This document shows positions 29,217 to 39,593 of a stretch of DNA of 64,000 bases, piece by piece. The stretch covers positions 646 to 64,645 of the forward strand of contig NDHY01000003.1 of assembly GCA_003574845.1 (NCBI GenBank), given 5' to 3'. The notes under the pieces are model-generated. The model was not told the DNA's origin. It worked only from the letters and a program-made list of their open reading frames with translations, and did not search any database. This DNA comes from a candidate division NPL-UPA2 bacterium Unc8 (lineage in GTDB: Bacteria; NPL-UPA2). The translations under genes and the position numbers were made by a program. Positions within the stretch are counted from its first letter, which is position 1, and the number at the start of each line of letters is the position of its first letter.

Positions 29217-29827
29217 TATCTTCTTATTGCCTCTATTCTATTCATTATACCTAACAGCAGTCCCAGACTGATAAATGCTCCGGGGGGAAGTATCATCACA
29301 ATAAAAGGAAGGTAGCCCTCGCCAAAAACGGTAACTCCAAAGATAGTGCCCATTCCAACTATCTCCCGTATAGAGCCAAGAATAAGCAGGGAAATGGTGA
29401 ATCCTGCTCCCATTCCCAGAGCATCAATCAATGAATCCAACGTTGAATTCCGAGATGCAAATGCTTCAGCCCGACCGAGAATAATACAGTTAACAACAAT
29501 AAGCGGAATAAAAATTCCTAACTCACGGTGCAGGGCAAAGAAAAACCCTTCCATAAAGAGATCAATCATGGTTACAAATGAAGCAATGACAATGATGAAA
29601 GAAGGAATTCTTACTTTGGAAGGAATAAGATGACGCAAAAGAGATATAATTAAATTTGAGAAGAAAAGCACAAGGAGCGTTGCCAGCCCCATTCCCAATC
29701 CATTTATTGCAGTTGTGGTTACTGCCAGTGCCGGGCACATTCCTAAGAGAAGCCTGCATAATGGATTTTCACTCCACAATCCCCTGGTAAAATTTTTAAA
29801 CAAGTCTATTCCTCCATCACCTGCCAC
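29216..29827 (-). CDS. rnfE: Rnf complex subunit E
   Basis: LGMCPALAVTT, IPLIVVNC..LGRAEAFA, PPGAF. Confidence 0.95.
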   Translation of the reverse strand: MAGDGGIDLFKNFTRGLWSENPLCRLLLGMCPALAVTTTAINGLGMGLATLLVLFFSNLIISLLRHLIPSKVRIPSFIIVIASFVTMIDLFMEGFFFALHRELGIFIPLIVVNCIILGRAEAFASRNSTLDSLIDALGMGAGFTISLLILGSIREIVGMGTIFGVTVFGEGYLPFIVMILPPGAFISLGLLLGIMNRIEAIRR

Positions 29828-30399
29828 TCTGTCTCTCCTTGTAATATCTCATTTTTCTCACTAAAAAAAAGAGTAAGAGCGGCTTCTACCCCTTCTGAGA
29901 CAGCGCGGGCAGAGACTGTTGCCCCGGTAATTGCATCTATCTCCCCTCCATCCCTTTTTATTTTAATCTCATCGCCAAGTTGCTTTCCTTTAAATTCATT
30001 TAGGAAGAAATTCTCGGTAATTCTCGCGCCAAGTCCGGGGGTTTCTCTATGACTAAGTATCTCAATTCCTGTGATTACCCCTTTGCTATCTATTCCAACA
30101 ATAATTTCTACTGGACCGGCAAAGCCGCGACCATATCCTACAACCGCCACCCCCAACACAACTGGCTCAATATCTCCTACTGCACGGTAAACGGGAACTC
30201 CAGCAAGCTCTTTCCTCTCAATTATCACAGGAATATCCACATGGTCAAGAGCAATGACCTCTCTCACTGCTCTCAGCTCAAACTCCAGCCGTGCGGCAGC
30301 AATCCTTTCTTCAGTCAACTGATGCACCTGGGCAAGTCCAAGAGCAGCAACAAAGCAGATAGTTGCAAGCACCAATATTAGCTTTTTTGCTTCGCTCAT
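29806..30399 (-). CDS. rnfG: Rnf complex subunit G
   Basis: HRETPGLG and the FMN-binding motif ITGAT. Confidence 0.92.
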   Translation of the reverse strand: MSEAKKLILVLATICFVAALGLAQVHQLTEERIAAARLEFELRAVREVIALDHVDIPVIIERKELAGVPVYRAVGDIEPVVLGVAVVGYGRGFAGPVEIIVGIDSKGVITGIEILSHRETPGLGARITENFFLNEFKGKQLGDEIKIKRDGGEIDAITGATVSARAVSEGVEAALTLFFSEKNEILQGETEWQVMEE

Positions 30400-31388
30400 T
30401 TCTTTCTCCCATAGCGCGGTCTGGTGTAGCGGTCAATTAAAGGAGTAGTGCCATTCATTATTAGAATTGAAAACAAAACTCCCTCCGGAATGCCGCCGAA
30501 AAGCCTGATCAGGGCCGTAAGCAGGCCGCATCCAATCCCAAAGATGAGTTTGCCCTTTCGCAGGAGAGGAGTGGTAACCATATCCGTTGCCATAAAGAAA
30601 GCTCCCAGGAGTAACCCCCCGGTGAGCAAGTGAAAGACAGGGCTGGCATAGTTTTCCGGATTGTGTAGCCAGAACGGTATTGTAAATAACATTACTGTAG
30701 CTACGAAAGAAATAGGAATCTCTGCTGAGATATGCCCCCTGATGAGAAGAAACGTTGCTCCTGCAATAAGAGCAATGGCGGAAACCTCGCCAATAGAGCC
30801 ACTGATGTTTCCAAGAAATGCATCCAGTAAAGACACCTCAACTTCAGCAATGGAAGCACCTTCTTCCTTCAGGATTCCAAGAGGAGTGGCGGTAGATACA
30901 GCATCAATGTTAAAAATGCCGGGAGCTGGCTTTCTCCAGGTTGTCATTTGTTCAGGGAAAGAAATAAGGAGAACTGCCCGCCCGACGAGAGCGGGATTAA
31001 AAGGATTTTTTCCAAGTCCGCCGAATACCTGTTTCCCAAGAGATATGGCAATTACCCCTCCTACTCCAGCCAGCCATAATGGCACTCCCGGGGGAAGAGT
31101 AAGAGATAGGAGTATTCCGGTAAGAGCAGCACTTCCATCATTAATGGTAACTTTTTTTCGACAGGACTTTTGAATTAAGGCTTCAGTAAGAATAGCGCTA
31201 ATAGTTACAGTAAGAATAACGGATAGTGCAGCAACACCGAAGATGTAGATGCCCACTATAACTGCAGGTGAAAGAGAGAGAATCGTCTCCCACATAATTC
31301 GCATGGTCGTCATTTTCCCGCGCAAGTGAGGAGAGACAGAGACAACCAGATTCTTACTACTATTCTTTGCTTCTTTCACTCTTTGCAT
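30396..31388 (-). CDS. rnfD: Rnf complex subunit D
   Basis: SPHLR, FGGLG.NPFNPA, STATPL, MATD.VT.P; start position uncertain. Confidence 0.93.
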   Translation of the reverse strand: MQRVKEAKNSSKNLVVSVSPHLRGKMTTMRIMWETILSLSPAVIVGIYIFGVAALSVILTVTISAILTEALIQKSCRKKVTINDGSAALTGILLSLTLPPGVPLWLAGVGGVIAISLGKQVFGGLGKNPFNPALVGRAVLLISFPEQMTTWRKPAPGIFNIDAVSTATPLGILKEEGASIAEVEVSLLDAFLGNISGSIGEVSAIALIAGATFLLIRGHISAEIPISFVATVMLFTIPFWLHNPENYASPVFHLLTGGLLLGAFFMATDMVTTPLLRKGKLIFGIGCGLLTALIRLFGGIPEGVLFSILIMNGTTPLIDRYTRPRYGRKK

Positions 31389-32685
31389 ATTTAATTGACT
31401 GGACGAGAGGTATTCTTGCTGGACAGGTATAGGCGCAGGCACCGCATTCAATGCAATCAAGGAGCCCATAATCTTCTGTTTCGGCAAATTGCTCCATCTG
31501 CACTAACGCAAAAATCATATTAGGCATCAATTGATATGGAGACATCGGGCACACAGCAGTGCACTTTCCACACCTGATACAATCAAGATATTCCCCACTA
31601 CTAATCTCTTCAGTTGTCTGAACGAGAATGCCCGAGGTCCCTTTAATGACAGGGGTCTCGCTTGTCCACTGTGCCATGCCCATCATTGGGCCTCCTGTGA
31701 TAATCTTACCGGGTTTCCCCCGATAACCCCCACAATTCTCATCAATCAAGTTACAAATTAACGTTCCGATCCGCACCCTCAGATTTTTTGGCTCCATTAT
31801 CCCGGAACCAGTAACAGTTATTACTCTCTCAATAAGTGGCTTTCGCCGCTCAACCGCTTCCCAAACCGCAAAAGCTGTTCCCACATTACTCACCAGCACC
31901 CCAATCTCAAATGGCAAACCTCCCGATGGGACATCCTTTCCAAGAAGCGTCTTAATGAGCTGCCTTTCTCCACCCTGGGGATACTTTGCCTTAATAACTC
32001 TTAACTCAAGATTTAATAGTTCCTTAATTTCTTCCTTAATTGCCCTTATTGCTTCTAACTTATCATCTTCAATCCCGATGTATCCACGCTTGACGTTGGC
32101 AGCCTTCATTAACAACTGGAATCCCTCAACAACGCCTTTTGGATTTTCCACCATCAGGCGCTCATCGCAGGTCAAATATGGTTCACATTCAGCTCCGTTG
32201 AGTATGTAGATATCTATATTCTTCGGTGGAGAAAGTTTAACATGCGTTGGAAACTGGGCACCTCCCAGGCCGACAATGCCAGCTTCTTTAATAATCTCTT
32301 TTATCTTCTCAGACGTTAAGTTATTAGGCTTTTGACCGGAGGCTTTGACTTCACTTACCCATTCATCTTTTCCATCAGATTTGATGACTATAGATGAAAT
32401 ATTGTTCAATCCTGAAGGGTGGGGAAAAGCCTTGATTTTGATTACCTCTCCTGAGATGCTTGAATGAACTGGCGCTGATATATTTGCTGTGGCACGTCCG
32501 ATTACCTCACCGGTTTTCACCTGACTTCCAGTGGAGACCAGGGGTTCTGCGGGGGCGCCTACATGCTGAGAGAGTGGGATGACTACCTGCTGCGGCAGAT
32601 GCGCACTCTCTATCCTCTTGTTCCTTGTTGCTTCTTTTCTTTGTGGGAAATGAACCCCTCCTGGAAAACCAAAAAAACCCTTCAT
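31360..32685 (-). CDS. rnfC: Rnf complex subunit C
   Basis: QHVGAPA, GLGGAQFPTHVK, NGAECEPY, GGPMMG, two CxxCxxCxxxCP motifs. Confidence 0.95.
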   Translation of the reverse strand: MKGFFGFPGGVHFPQRKEATRNKRIESAHLPQQVVIPLSQHVGAPAEPLVSTGSQVKTGEVIGRATANISAPVHSSISGEVIKIKAFPHPSGLNNISSIVIKSDGKDEWVSEVKASGQKPNNLTSEKIKEIIKEAGIVGLGGAQFPTHVKLSPPKNIDIYILNGAECEPYLTCDERLMVENPKGVVEGFQLLMKAANVKRGYIGIEDDKLEAIRAIKEEIKELLNLELRVIKAKYPQGGERQLIKTLLGKDVPSGGLPFEIGVLVSNVGTAFAVWEAVERRKPLIERVITVTGSGIMEPKNLRVRIGTLICNLIDENCGGYRGKPGKIITGGPMMGMAQWTSETPVIKGTSGILVQTTEEISSGEYLDCIRCGKCTAVCPMSPYQLMPNMIFALVQMEQFAETEDYGLLDCIECGACAYTCPARIPLVQSIKYAKSERSKE

Positions 32686-32744
32686 ATGGAGGCACAATAA
32701 GACAGATTTGCTTATTTGGCAAGAGATTTTTGCTTTAGCTGGTG

Positions 32745-34193
32745 CTATTCCTGCTCAATACCAGCGATGACTCGCGCCAGTTTCTTCTTGTATTCCATAT
32801 CAGCCTGTCTGGAGATTACTACCCTTTGAGCCTGCGGAGAGCCAGCCCCATGTAAAGATTCCGTCCTGTAACCAACCGCAGCCGTTCCCAAAGTTAGGTT
32901 TTCAATTAAACGTATCATTCTTATTCTACTTTCAGCAGGCACCTCAGCAGCGCCTCTAAGATACTTCTGCATATGCTTGCCGAGCTCTGGATGGCGCAAG
33001 TCTTCTTCAGAAGGAAGCGTTACCATAAGTCCTCCGGTAATATCCTCAGCCAGGCGGGCTATTTCATATGGGAATCTGGTTACATTTTGTTTGCAGACAT
33101 TAGCCAGTAGCAAATCTACAAAATATGTTCCCGATGCCGTAGGATACCCCTGACTGGAACAAGCAATGCCGCAGGAATATAAGGTCTCATTCAAATGAAC
33201 CATTTCAATTAGCTTATCTCTAATATGAGATGCCTTAGCTACTCCATTATACTCTGCCATCTGAGCAGCCGCTCCTATGAGAACATCCCCTACCCCTACC
33301 TTACAGCCACCATAACTCTGGCGATGGTAGCCAGCAAAGCGCTCCACAATAATCCCGGCAAAGTTATATTCACCACACATAAAAACCCGTTCCATAGGAA
33401 CAAACACATCCTCAAAAACTATCATAGCCTCAAGACTTCCATAACGGCAGTTGCCAACATCAATATTTCCTTGCTCTAATTTACGGGTATCGCATGATTG
33501 TCTGCCACAGATATGGGTAATGCCTTCGGTATTACTGGGAATAGCGAAGGATACCGCGTAATCTTTATCTTCTTCCATTAATGCCATTGTCGGCATAACA
33601 AGAATTTCGTGGGAAGCAATCGCCCCGGTTTGGTGTAATTTTGCTCCTCTAACAACTATTCCATCATTTTTTTTCTCTACTATTCGCAAATATAAATCCG
33701 GGTCTGTTTGTTCTAATGGTCTTTTGGAACGATCTCCTTTGGGGTCTGTCATTGCCCCATCTACAACCAGGTCCTTCTCTTGCACATACTTCAAAAAATC
33801 ACGGAAACGTTTGTGATATTCCATATGTAGCTCATCGTCCATTTCTCTGGTAACGCTATCAACAGCGTTAAAAGCATCAAGCCCCGGGCACCTTTGAAAG
33901 CAAGCAGCCGTTTTTTGTCCCATTAAACGTTGCATCTTAACCTTCTCTATTAAATCAGTCGTGCTCTGATGCAGATGGGTAAAGCGATTGATTTTTTTTC
34001 CTGTCAGATTAGACCTTGCAGTCATTAAAGCCTCATACCTCGGATTCTGTGCCAGTTCATATGTTTTTGCTGCCGAATTTATTGAGGGCCGGATGATAGG
34101 ATTATCAACAACATCATCAACTTTTTTACCAAAGAGATAAACTTTAGCCTTTAACTTACGCAAACTATCCAAATACTGTTCTGAAGTAATCAT
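32745..34193 (-). CDS. abfD: 4-hydroxybutyryl-CoA dehydratase / vinylacetyl-CoA isomerase
   Basis: CFQRC, MTDPKGDRS, GAK.HQTG, HRQSYGGCK, ESLHGAGSPQAQ. Confidence 0.9.
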   Translation of the reverse strand: MITSEQYLDSLRKLKAKVYLFGKKVDDVVDNPIIRPSINSAAKTYELAQNPRYEALMTARSNLTGKKINRFTHLHQSTTDLIEKVKMQRLMGQKTAACFQRCPGLDAFNAVDSVTREMDDELHMEYHKRFRDFLKYVQEKDLVVDGAMTDPKGDRSKRPLEQTDPDLYLRIVEKKNDGIVVRGAKLHQTGAIASHEILVMPTMALMEEDKDYAVSFAIPSNTEGITHICGRQSCDTRKLEQGNIDVGNCRYGSLEAMIVFEDVFVPMERVFMCGEYNFAGIIVERFAGYHRQSYGGCKVGVGDVLIGAAAQMAEYNGVAKASHIRDKLIEMVHLNETLYSCGIACSSQGYPTASGTYFVDLLLANVCKQNVTRFPYEIARLAEDITGGLMVTLPSEEDLRHPELGKHMQKYLRGAAEVPAESRIRMIRLIENLTLGTAAVGYRTESLHGAGSPQAQRVVISRQADMEYKKKLARVIAGIEQE

Positions 34194-34223
34194 ATCTCAC
34201 CTCCTTCTATAACTATTCAGAGA

Positions 34224-34468
34224 GCACCAGGCACCAATTACAAACTCTAAATCCTAAACACTAAACCCTAAATCCTAAATCCTAAATCCTAAACTCTAAA
34301 CCCTAAATCCTACCCTGAACTTGATTCAGGGCTAAATAAATTCAAATGTTCCAAATCCAAATAACCAAAACTACGTCTTGAATTTCGGTCATTTGAGTTT
34401 TGAGTTTGTTTCGAGTTTCGTATTTAGAGTTTAGGCTTCTCTGTGCCTTTGTGCCCTTGTGCCTTTGT
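34224..34468. repeat. Heptamer composite palindromic element copy D
   Basis: Ten AAATCCT/AAACCCT/AAACTCT-type units (34242-34311), a T-rich complementary arm, and a CTTTGTGC octamer tail. Confidence 0.85.
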
Positions 34469-34478
34469 TTATTGCCTG

Positions 34479-36176
34479 CTAAGACCTGAGGTGATTCCAG
34501 GGGAGAGTCTCTTCCTGAGGGCGTACTCGCCGGGCATAGAAAGAAGGGTCAACCCCGCACCCGGAGAAAGCTTCCTCCCAGAGATGAAATTTAAAGTGTT
34601 CGCTCCATCCATCAAAACGACAGCCCTTTTTCCATGCCTCAAGAATAACTTTTCCTGTCCGTCGGTCTCCACGAGCAAGCACTGCTTCAAGGAAAGCTGC
34701 TTCTGTATCATGCCAGTTCAACTTTATCCTTCGGTTACGGAGCAGACCCTGCAAAAACCGTTGCTTTTCACGCAATTCATCTATTCCTGCCATCTCCTTT
34801 CTCTCAAATGGTGTCTGTGCCTTGGGAACAAAACTTGAAAGACTTATCCTTAGTCTCATCTTTCCACCGCTGACCCTGAGCACCTCCCGTGCCAGGGCAC
34901 CAATTCCCTTAAGGTCTTCATCGTTTTCGGTCGGCAACCCAATCATAAAGTATAATTTTAGCCCTCTCCAGCCACTTTCAGCCAAAAGCCTGACCGCTCT
35001 AAAAAGATCTTCTTCAGCAAACTTTTTATTGATTATGCGACGCAACCGCTCGCTCCCTGTTTCAGGAGCAAAAGTAATTCCGGTTTTCTTTTTCTTTCCT
35101 AACTCCTCAATTAGGCGAATGGAAAAACTATCAACGTGCAAAGAAGAAAGAGAAATAGACACATTCCTTAATTCCTGCCTCTTTCTTAAATTTCCCACCA
35201 GTTCCTCAAGATAAGGATAATCACCACTGGATAAAGATGAAAGGGATATTTCATCATAGCCCGTATTTTTTATTGAGGCAACGGCAATCTCTGTCAGAGT
35301 ATCCATGTCTCTCCTGCGGCACAACTGATAAAATGCTCTTGCCTGGCAAAAGTGACACATTCGCGGACATCCTCTCATTATCTCCAACGTAACCCGCTCA
35401 TGAACAATATCTAAATAAGGAACAATTAGAGAAGTAGGGAAAAATGCCCTATCAAGATCAAGAACAGCTTGTCTCTTCACACGAGAAGGAATGCCTTCAT
35501 CAGCAGGAGTAATTTTATCAACAGTTCCATTGCAGGAATAGTTGACTTTGTATAAGGATGGAACATAAATCCCCTCATTTTTTGCCAACCCTTTCAACAA
35601 GCACTCTTTACCACTTTTTTTGTCTTCTATCTTCCATTTCTGATAGTAACGAACGAGCTTCGGCAGTGTCTCTTCTCCATCTCCCATAATAAAGACATCA
35701 ATAAAATCTGCCATAGGTTCAGGATTGAGGGTGCCTATTCCCCCGGCAATAATCAGTGGAATGTCACCTTCCCTTTCGCGGCAAAGAAGGGGCAGTCGGG
35801 AAAGGTCAATCATATTAAGTATATTTGTAAGCACAAGCTCATAAGGGAGGGTAAATCCGATGATGTCAAACTTACGCAGAGGGAGATGAGACTCAAGCGA
35901 GAAAAGAGGGATTGCTTTTTCCCGCAGGAATTTTTCCATATCAGCTTCAGGTGCATAAACTCTCTCAGCAGCAACTCCATCCAGATTGTTAAGTAGATGA
36001 TAAAGGATAGAAAACCCAAGGTGAGACATACCTACTTCATAGAGGTCAGGATAGGCAAGGGCAACTCGGAGCGCTACTGACTGTGATTTGTGGGTGCTGT
36101 TCCACTCATTGCCAACATACTGTGCCGGTTTTGAAACAAGGGGAAGCACCTCTTTTGCTAATATTTTATGCAGCAT
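34479..36176 (-). CDS. B12-binding radical SAM protein (TIGR03960-like)
   Basis: KPAQYVGNE.N, PDLYEVGMSHLG, RGCPRMCHFCQA, TFAPETG, YFMIGLP, LPW.H. Confidence 0.88.
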   Translation of the reverse strand: MLHKILAKEVLPLVSKPAQYVGNEWNSTHKSQSVALRVALAYPDLYEVGMSHLGFSILYHLLNNLDGVAAERVYAPEADMEKFLREKAIPLFSLESHLPLRKFDIIGFTLPYELVLTNILNMIDLSRLPLLCREREGDIPLIIAGGIGTLNPEPMADFIDVFIMGDGEETLPKLVRYYQKWKIEDKKSGKECLLKGLAKNEGIYVPSLYKVNYSCNGTVDKITPADEGIPSRVKRQAVLDLDRAFFPTSLIVPYLDIVHERVTLEIMRGCPRMCHFCQARAFYQLCRRRDMDTLTEIAVASIKNTGYDEISLSSLSSGDYPYLEELVGNLRKRQELRNVSISLSSLHVDSFSIRLIEELGKKKKTGITFAPETGSERLRRIINKKFAEEDLFRAVRLLAESGWRGLKLYFMIGLPTENDEDLKGIGALAREVLRVSGGKMRLRISLSSFVPKAQTPFERKEMAGIDELREKQRFLQGLLRNRRIKLNWHDTEAAFLEAVLARGDRRTGKVILEAWKKGCRFDGWSEHFKFHLWEEAFSGCGVDPSFYARRVRPQEETLPWNHLRS

Positions 36177-36182
36177 CTCTAA

Positions 36183-36270
36183 CAGTCACCAGTTTAAGAA
36201 CTAATTCAAAAGTTAAAAGTTAAAAGGCAAAAGTGCAAGTTAAAAGTTTGTGCCTTTGCCACTCTGTGTC
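36183..36270. repeat. Heptamer composite element copy C
   Basis: 36187-36220 is identical to 27633-27666; TTTGTGCC tail. Confidence 0.85.
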
Positions 36271-36271
36271 T

Positions 36272-37531
36272 TTATTTATATACAGAGTCAGAGAGGGTCT
36301 TAAAAAAAGCAGAGTTCGTTTTTATCTTTTTCAATCGCGCCGTCAGCTTCTCTATCGCTTCAACAATATCAAGCGAACTAAGTGCCCTGCGGAGAAGCCA
36401 CGCTTTCTGAAGCTCTCCATCAGACAGAAGAAGGTCTTCCCTTCTCGTTGAAGATTTCTCAATATCTATTGCAGGAAAAATTCTTTTATCAACAAGTCTC
36501 CGATCAAGTCTGAGTTCCATATTTCCGGTCGCCTTGAATTCCTCAAAAATTACATCATCCATCCTGCTTCCTGTATCAATGAGACAGGTGGCAATAATCG
36601 TTAGACTTCCTCCTTCTTCAATGTTTCTGGCAGTGCCAAAGAATTTCTTTGGCTTGGTCAAAGCATTAGAGTCAACTCCGCCTGAAAGTATCTTTCCACT
36701 ATGAGGAATAATTGTGTTGTGGGCACGGGCAAGTCTGGTGAGACTGTCAAGAAGAATAACCACATCTTTCCCATGCTCAGCTAAACGTTTCGCTTTTTCA
36801 ATGACCATATTCGCCACCTGAACATGCCGCTCCGGCGGCTCATCAAAGGTAGAGCTTATTACTTCACCCTTGACTGAACGCTCCATCATTGTTACCTCCT
36901 CCGGGCGCTCAGAGATAAGCAGCACAATAAGGATAACATCCGGGTGGTTCACCGCAATACTATTGGCAATCTTCTGTAACAGGATTGTCTTGCCGGCACG
37001 CGGCGGAGAAACAATAAGTCCGCGCTGTCCTTTCCCCACCGGGGTAAACAGGTCCATAACCCGCATAGAGATTTCATCAGTGGTCGTCTCTAATTTAAAC
37101 CGCTTTTCAGGAAATAAAGGAGTTAAATTATCAAAGAAAATCTTATCTTTTTCTATTTCCGGGTCCTCATGATTGACAGCTTCCACCTTAAGAAGAGCAA
37201 AATATCGCTCTGTTTCCTTGGGCAATCTTACCTGTCCGGAAACGGCATCTCCCGTGATCAGGCTGAACTTTTTAATTTGAGAAGGGGAGACGTAGATATC
37301 GTCCGGCCCTGGAAGATAGTTATAGTTTGCTGACCTTAGAAACCCGTATCCCTCAGGTAAAGTCTCAAGCACTCCTTCTCCAAAGATAAGCCCATTCTTC
37401 TCTGTCTGTGCCTGAATAATATTAAATATTAATTCCTGTTTTTTTAATGTTCTAAACCCGATGATATTAAACCCGGAAGCCACCTTGTGCAGCTCTGAAA
37501 TCGCCATTTCCTTTAATTCTTTGATATTCAT
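36272..37531 (-). CDS. rho: Transcription termination factor Rho
   Basis: [46 protein letters not shown]. Confidence 0.97.
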   Translation of the reverse strand: MNIKELKEMAISELHKVASGFNIIGFRTLKKQELIFNIIQAQTEKNGLIFGEGVLETLPEGYGFLRSANYNYLPGPDDIYVSPSQIKKFSLITGDAVSGQVRLPKETERYFALLKVEAVNHEDPEIEKDKIFFDNLTPLFPEKRFKLETTTDEISMRVMDLFTPVGKGQRGLIVSPPRAGKTILLQKIANSIAVNHPDVILIVLLISERPEEVTMMERSVKGEVISSTFDEPPERHVQVANMVIEKAKRLAEHGKDVVILLDSLTRLARAHNTIIPHSGKILSGGVDSNALTKPKKFFGTARNIEEGGSLTIIATCLIDTGSRMDDVIFEEFKATGNMELRLDRRLVDKRIFPAIDIEKSSTRREDLLLSDGELQKAWLLRRALSSLDIVEAIEKLTARLKKIKTNSAFFKTLSDSVYK

Positions 37532-37547
37532 TCCTGAACCTCCATTA

Positions 37548-38141
37548 CTATATTTCATTCCAAATCTTCCCAACCTGCTTCCTTGCCCAGGTTAAATTTC
37601 CATTATTCTCAACTATGTAATCAGCTAATTTCACTTTCATAGCAAGTGGAAGTTGAGAATCAATGCGCTTCTTTATCTCCACCTGCGTTAATCCCCTCTT
37701 CACTAAGCGCTTCCTCTGGATGTGACCAGGAGCATTAACAACGATTAATTTATCCATCAGTGAGACAAGGCCTGACTCAATTAAAAGAGGAGCATCAATG
37801 ACAATAACCACTTGCTTCTGATTTGTTTCCCGGCTTATCTTTTCCCTGACTGCCTCAATAACAAGAGGATGGATAATTTTCTCTAATTTTTTTTGCTTGT
37901 CCTTATTGGTAAAGATTATTTTTCCTAACCTTTTTCTATTGATAACTAAATTTTTATTTAAGATTTCATCTCCAAATTCATCCACAACCTTTCGCCATGC
38001 TATCGTTCCACGCTTCAGAAAACGATGGGCTACTCTATCAACATCTATAACCTTTGCCCCTAACCGACCCAACATCTCAGCTATGGTGCTTTTACCCGTA
38101 GCTATTCCTCCTGTTACTCCAACAATAATCGTTCTTTTCAT
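37548..38141 (-). CDS. coaE: Dephospho-CoA kinase
   Basis: [30 protein letters not shown]. Confidence 0.93.
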   Translation of the reverse strand: MKRTIIVGVTGGIATGKSTIAEMLGRLGAKVIDVDRVAHRFLKRGTIAWRKVVDEFGDEILNKNLVINRKRLGKIIFTNKDKQKKLEKIIHPLVIEAVREKISRETNQKQVVIVIDAPLLIESGLVSLMDKLIVVNAPGHIQRKRLVKRGLTQVEIKKRIDSQLPLAMKVKLADYIVENNGNLTWARKQVGKIWNEI

Positions 38142-38188
38142 CCTCCAAAGAACTCCAGCAAATATGCCCTTCAGTCTAACAGCCTGAC

Positions 38189-38785
38189 TCAGAGGCTTGT
38201 TTTCAATGGGGCACAAGAGTTGATATTAGTAAAACAATTAGAGCTGATGGCGCTCGACCTGATAAGCTCATCAATGTTCAGTTCGGCAAGGTGAGAAACG
38301 CGGTTGTAGAGCTGCGAAATCTTAGTTATATCTTGTTCAAACATTTTTTCTATCTCATTCGTGATTGATTTTGAATAGAGTGCAGAGAGCGGTTCATAGT
38401 AGCCATTTTGCCATTGTGGTACCGCTATATCATAGGCACTGAATTTTTGCAATTCCTCCAGCAGCCTTATATCAAAGAAGGGCATATCACAGGCAAGAAT
38501 GAATACTTGATTATACCTGGCATGAGAAAGGGCAGAATAAATTCCTCCTAATGGCCCTTTTTCAGCTACAACATCCATCTTTACAGGAAAATCAGCTACT
38601 ATTGATTGAGACAGTTGGAAGAAGAAATCATCACTTAAGGATGAGAGCGAACGCCAGACTTCTCTTGATAGTTGACTCTCATTTAGGAAATAGCCTGCCT
38701 TATTTCCCATGAACCTACTCCCCTCACCGCCACATAAAATGGCAATTGACAGGCTATGATGCTTCAAGATATGCTCTTCTAACAA
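38189..38785 (-). CDS. mobA: Molybdenum cofactor guanylyltransferase
   Basis: ILCGG.GSRFMG.K, GPLGGIY, ACDMP, EPL, NIN. Confidence 0.85.
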   Translation of the reverse strand: MLEEHILKHHSLSIAILCGGEGSRFMGNKAGYFLNESQLSREVWRSLSSLSDDFFFQLSQSIVADFPVKMDVVAEKGPLGGIYSALSHARYNQVFILACDMPFFDIRLLEELQKFSAYDIAVPQWQNGYYEPLSALYSKSITNEIEKMFEQDITKISQLYNRVSHLAELNIDELIRSSAISSNCFTNINSCAPLKTSL

Positions 38786-39134
38786 AATGCAAATAAAATC
38801 TAAATTTCTCTGAATTTGTCATTATCTATATCTATCTTCAATGAAGATCAGGATAGACAATTAAAGGAAAGGTGAATTAAGCAAAGCTAAAACATATTAA
38901 ACCACTTGCATTTTATTGATTATACTGATGGGAGTACAAACATTTATTATGTTACATATGGTTGGCCGTTGAATCTGTCTTTACTTTACCACAGTAAAAC
39001 AAATAATGTCAAGGAAAATCAATTCCATGGGAATGAACCCTCTAAAATAATAAAAATTTAACATCTTGTTTAACCTGTCAAATCTTGCTCGGGTTTGCTG
39101 GTTTATATTGCGATTAAAAAAATAGTCGCCGTCT

Positions 39135-39593
39135 CTATTTCCGTCCTATTTCTTTAAATGCCTCCTCAATTTTTTCTTTAAGCTGTTTTGCCCTTTTCAT
39201 CAACTCAATTAATTGGTCCTCTGAATCTTCTGGAAAATCTTCTGGCTTTACCTCATAGGCTTTGATTAAATTACCAACTACTCTCTGGGTATGTTCTAAT
39301 GTTATTCGTTTCATATCCTCTTTAGTAATTTTTCTCTTTCTAAGCTTTGCTCTTGGGCCAGAGTAAAATCCCGCTTTCTCCATCTCCTCTTCATTCTCAT
39401 CTTCAGATTCTACCTCTTTAAATCTTCTTATCTCAAATCGCTTATCTTTTTTAAGATAATCTAAAAACTCATTATACTGAGGTAGGTCATATCCTTGGAA
39501 ACTTAGCTCTTTCCATATTTTTTTTACAGGCACATAAAAATCCTCTGCCCCTTCTAACATAGATAAAACTCTATTCAAAGCTTCTTTATCCAT
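39135..39593 (-). CDS. Hypothetical protein (highly charged, AT-rich gene)
   Basis: RBS AGGGAGG before MDKEAL; no motif recognised. Confidence 0.6.
   Translation of the reverse strand: MDKEALNRVLSMLEGAEDFYVPVKKIWKELSFQGYDLPQYNEFLDYLKKDKRFEIRRFKEVESEDENEEEMEKAGFYSGPRAKLRKRKITKEDMKRITLEHTQRVVGNLIKAYEVKPEDFPEDSEDQLIELMKRAKQLKEKIEEAFKEIGRK

Noticed and set aside
34242..34311. CCCTAAA units resembling the plant telomere repeat
   Set aside because: The units are degenerate, paired with a complementary arm and embedded between bacterial genes; they are part of element D, not contamination
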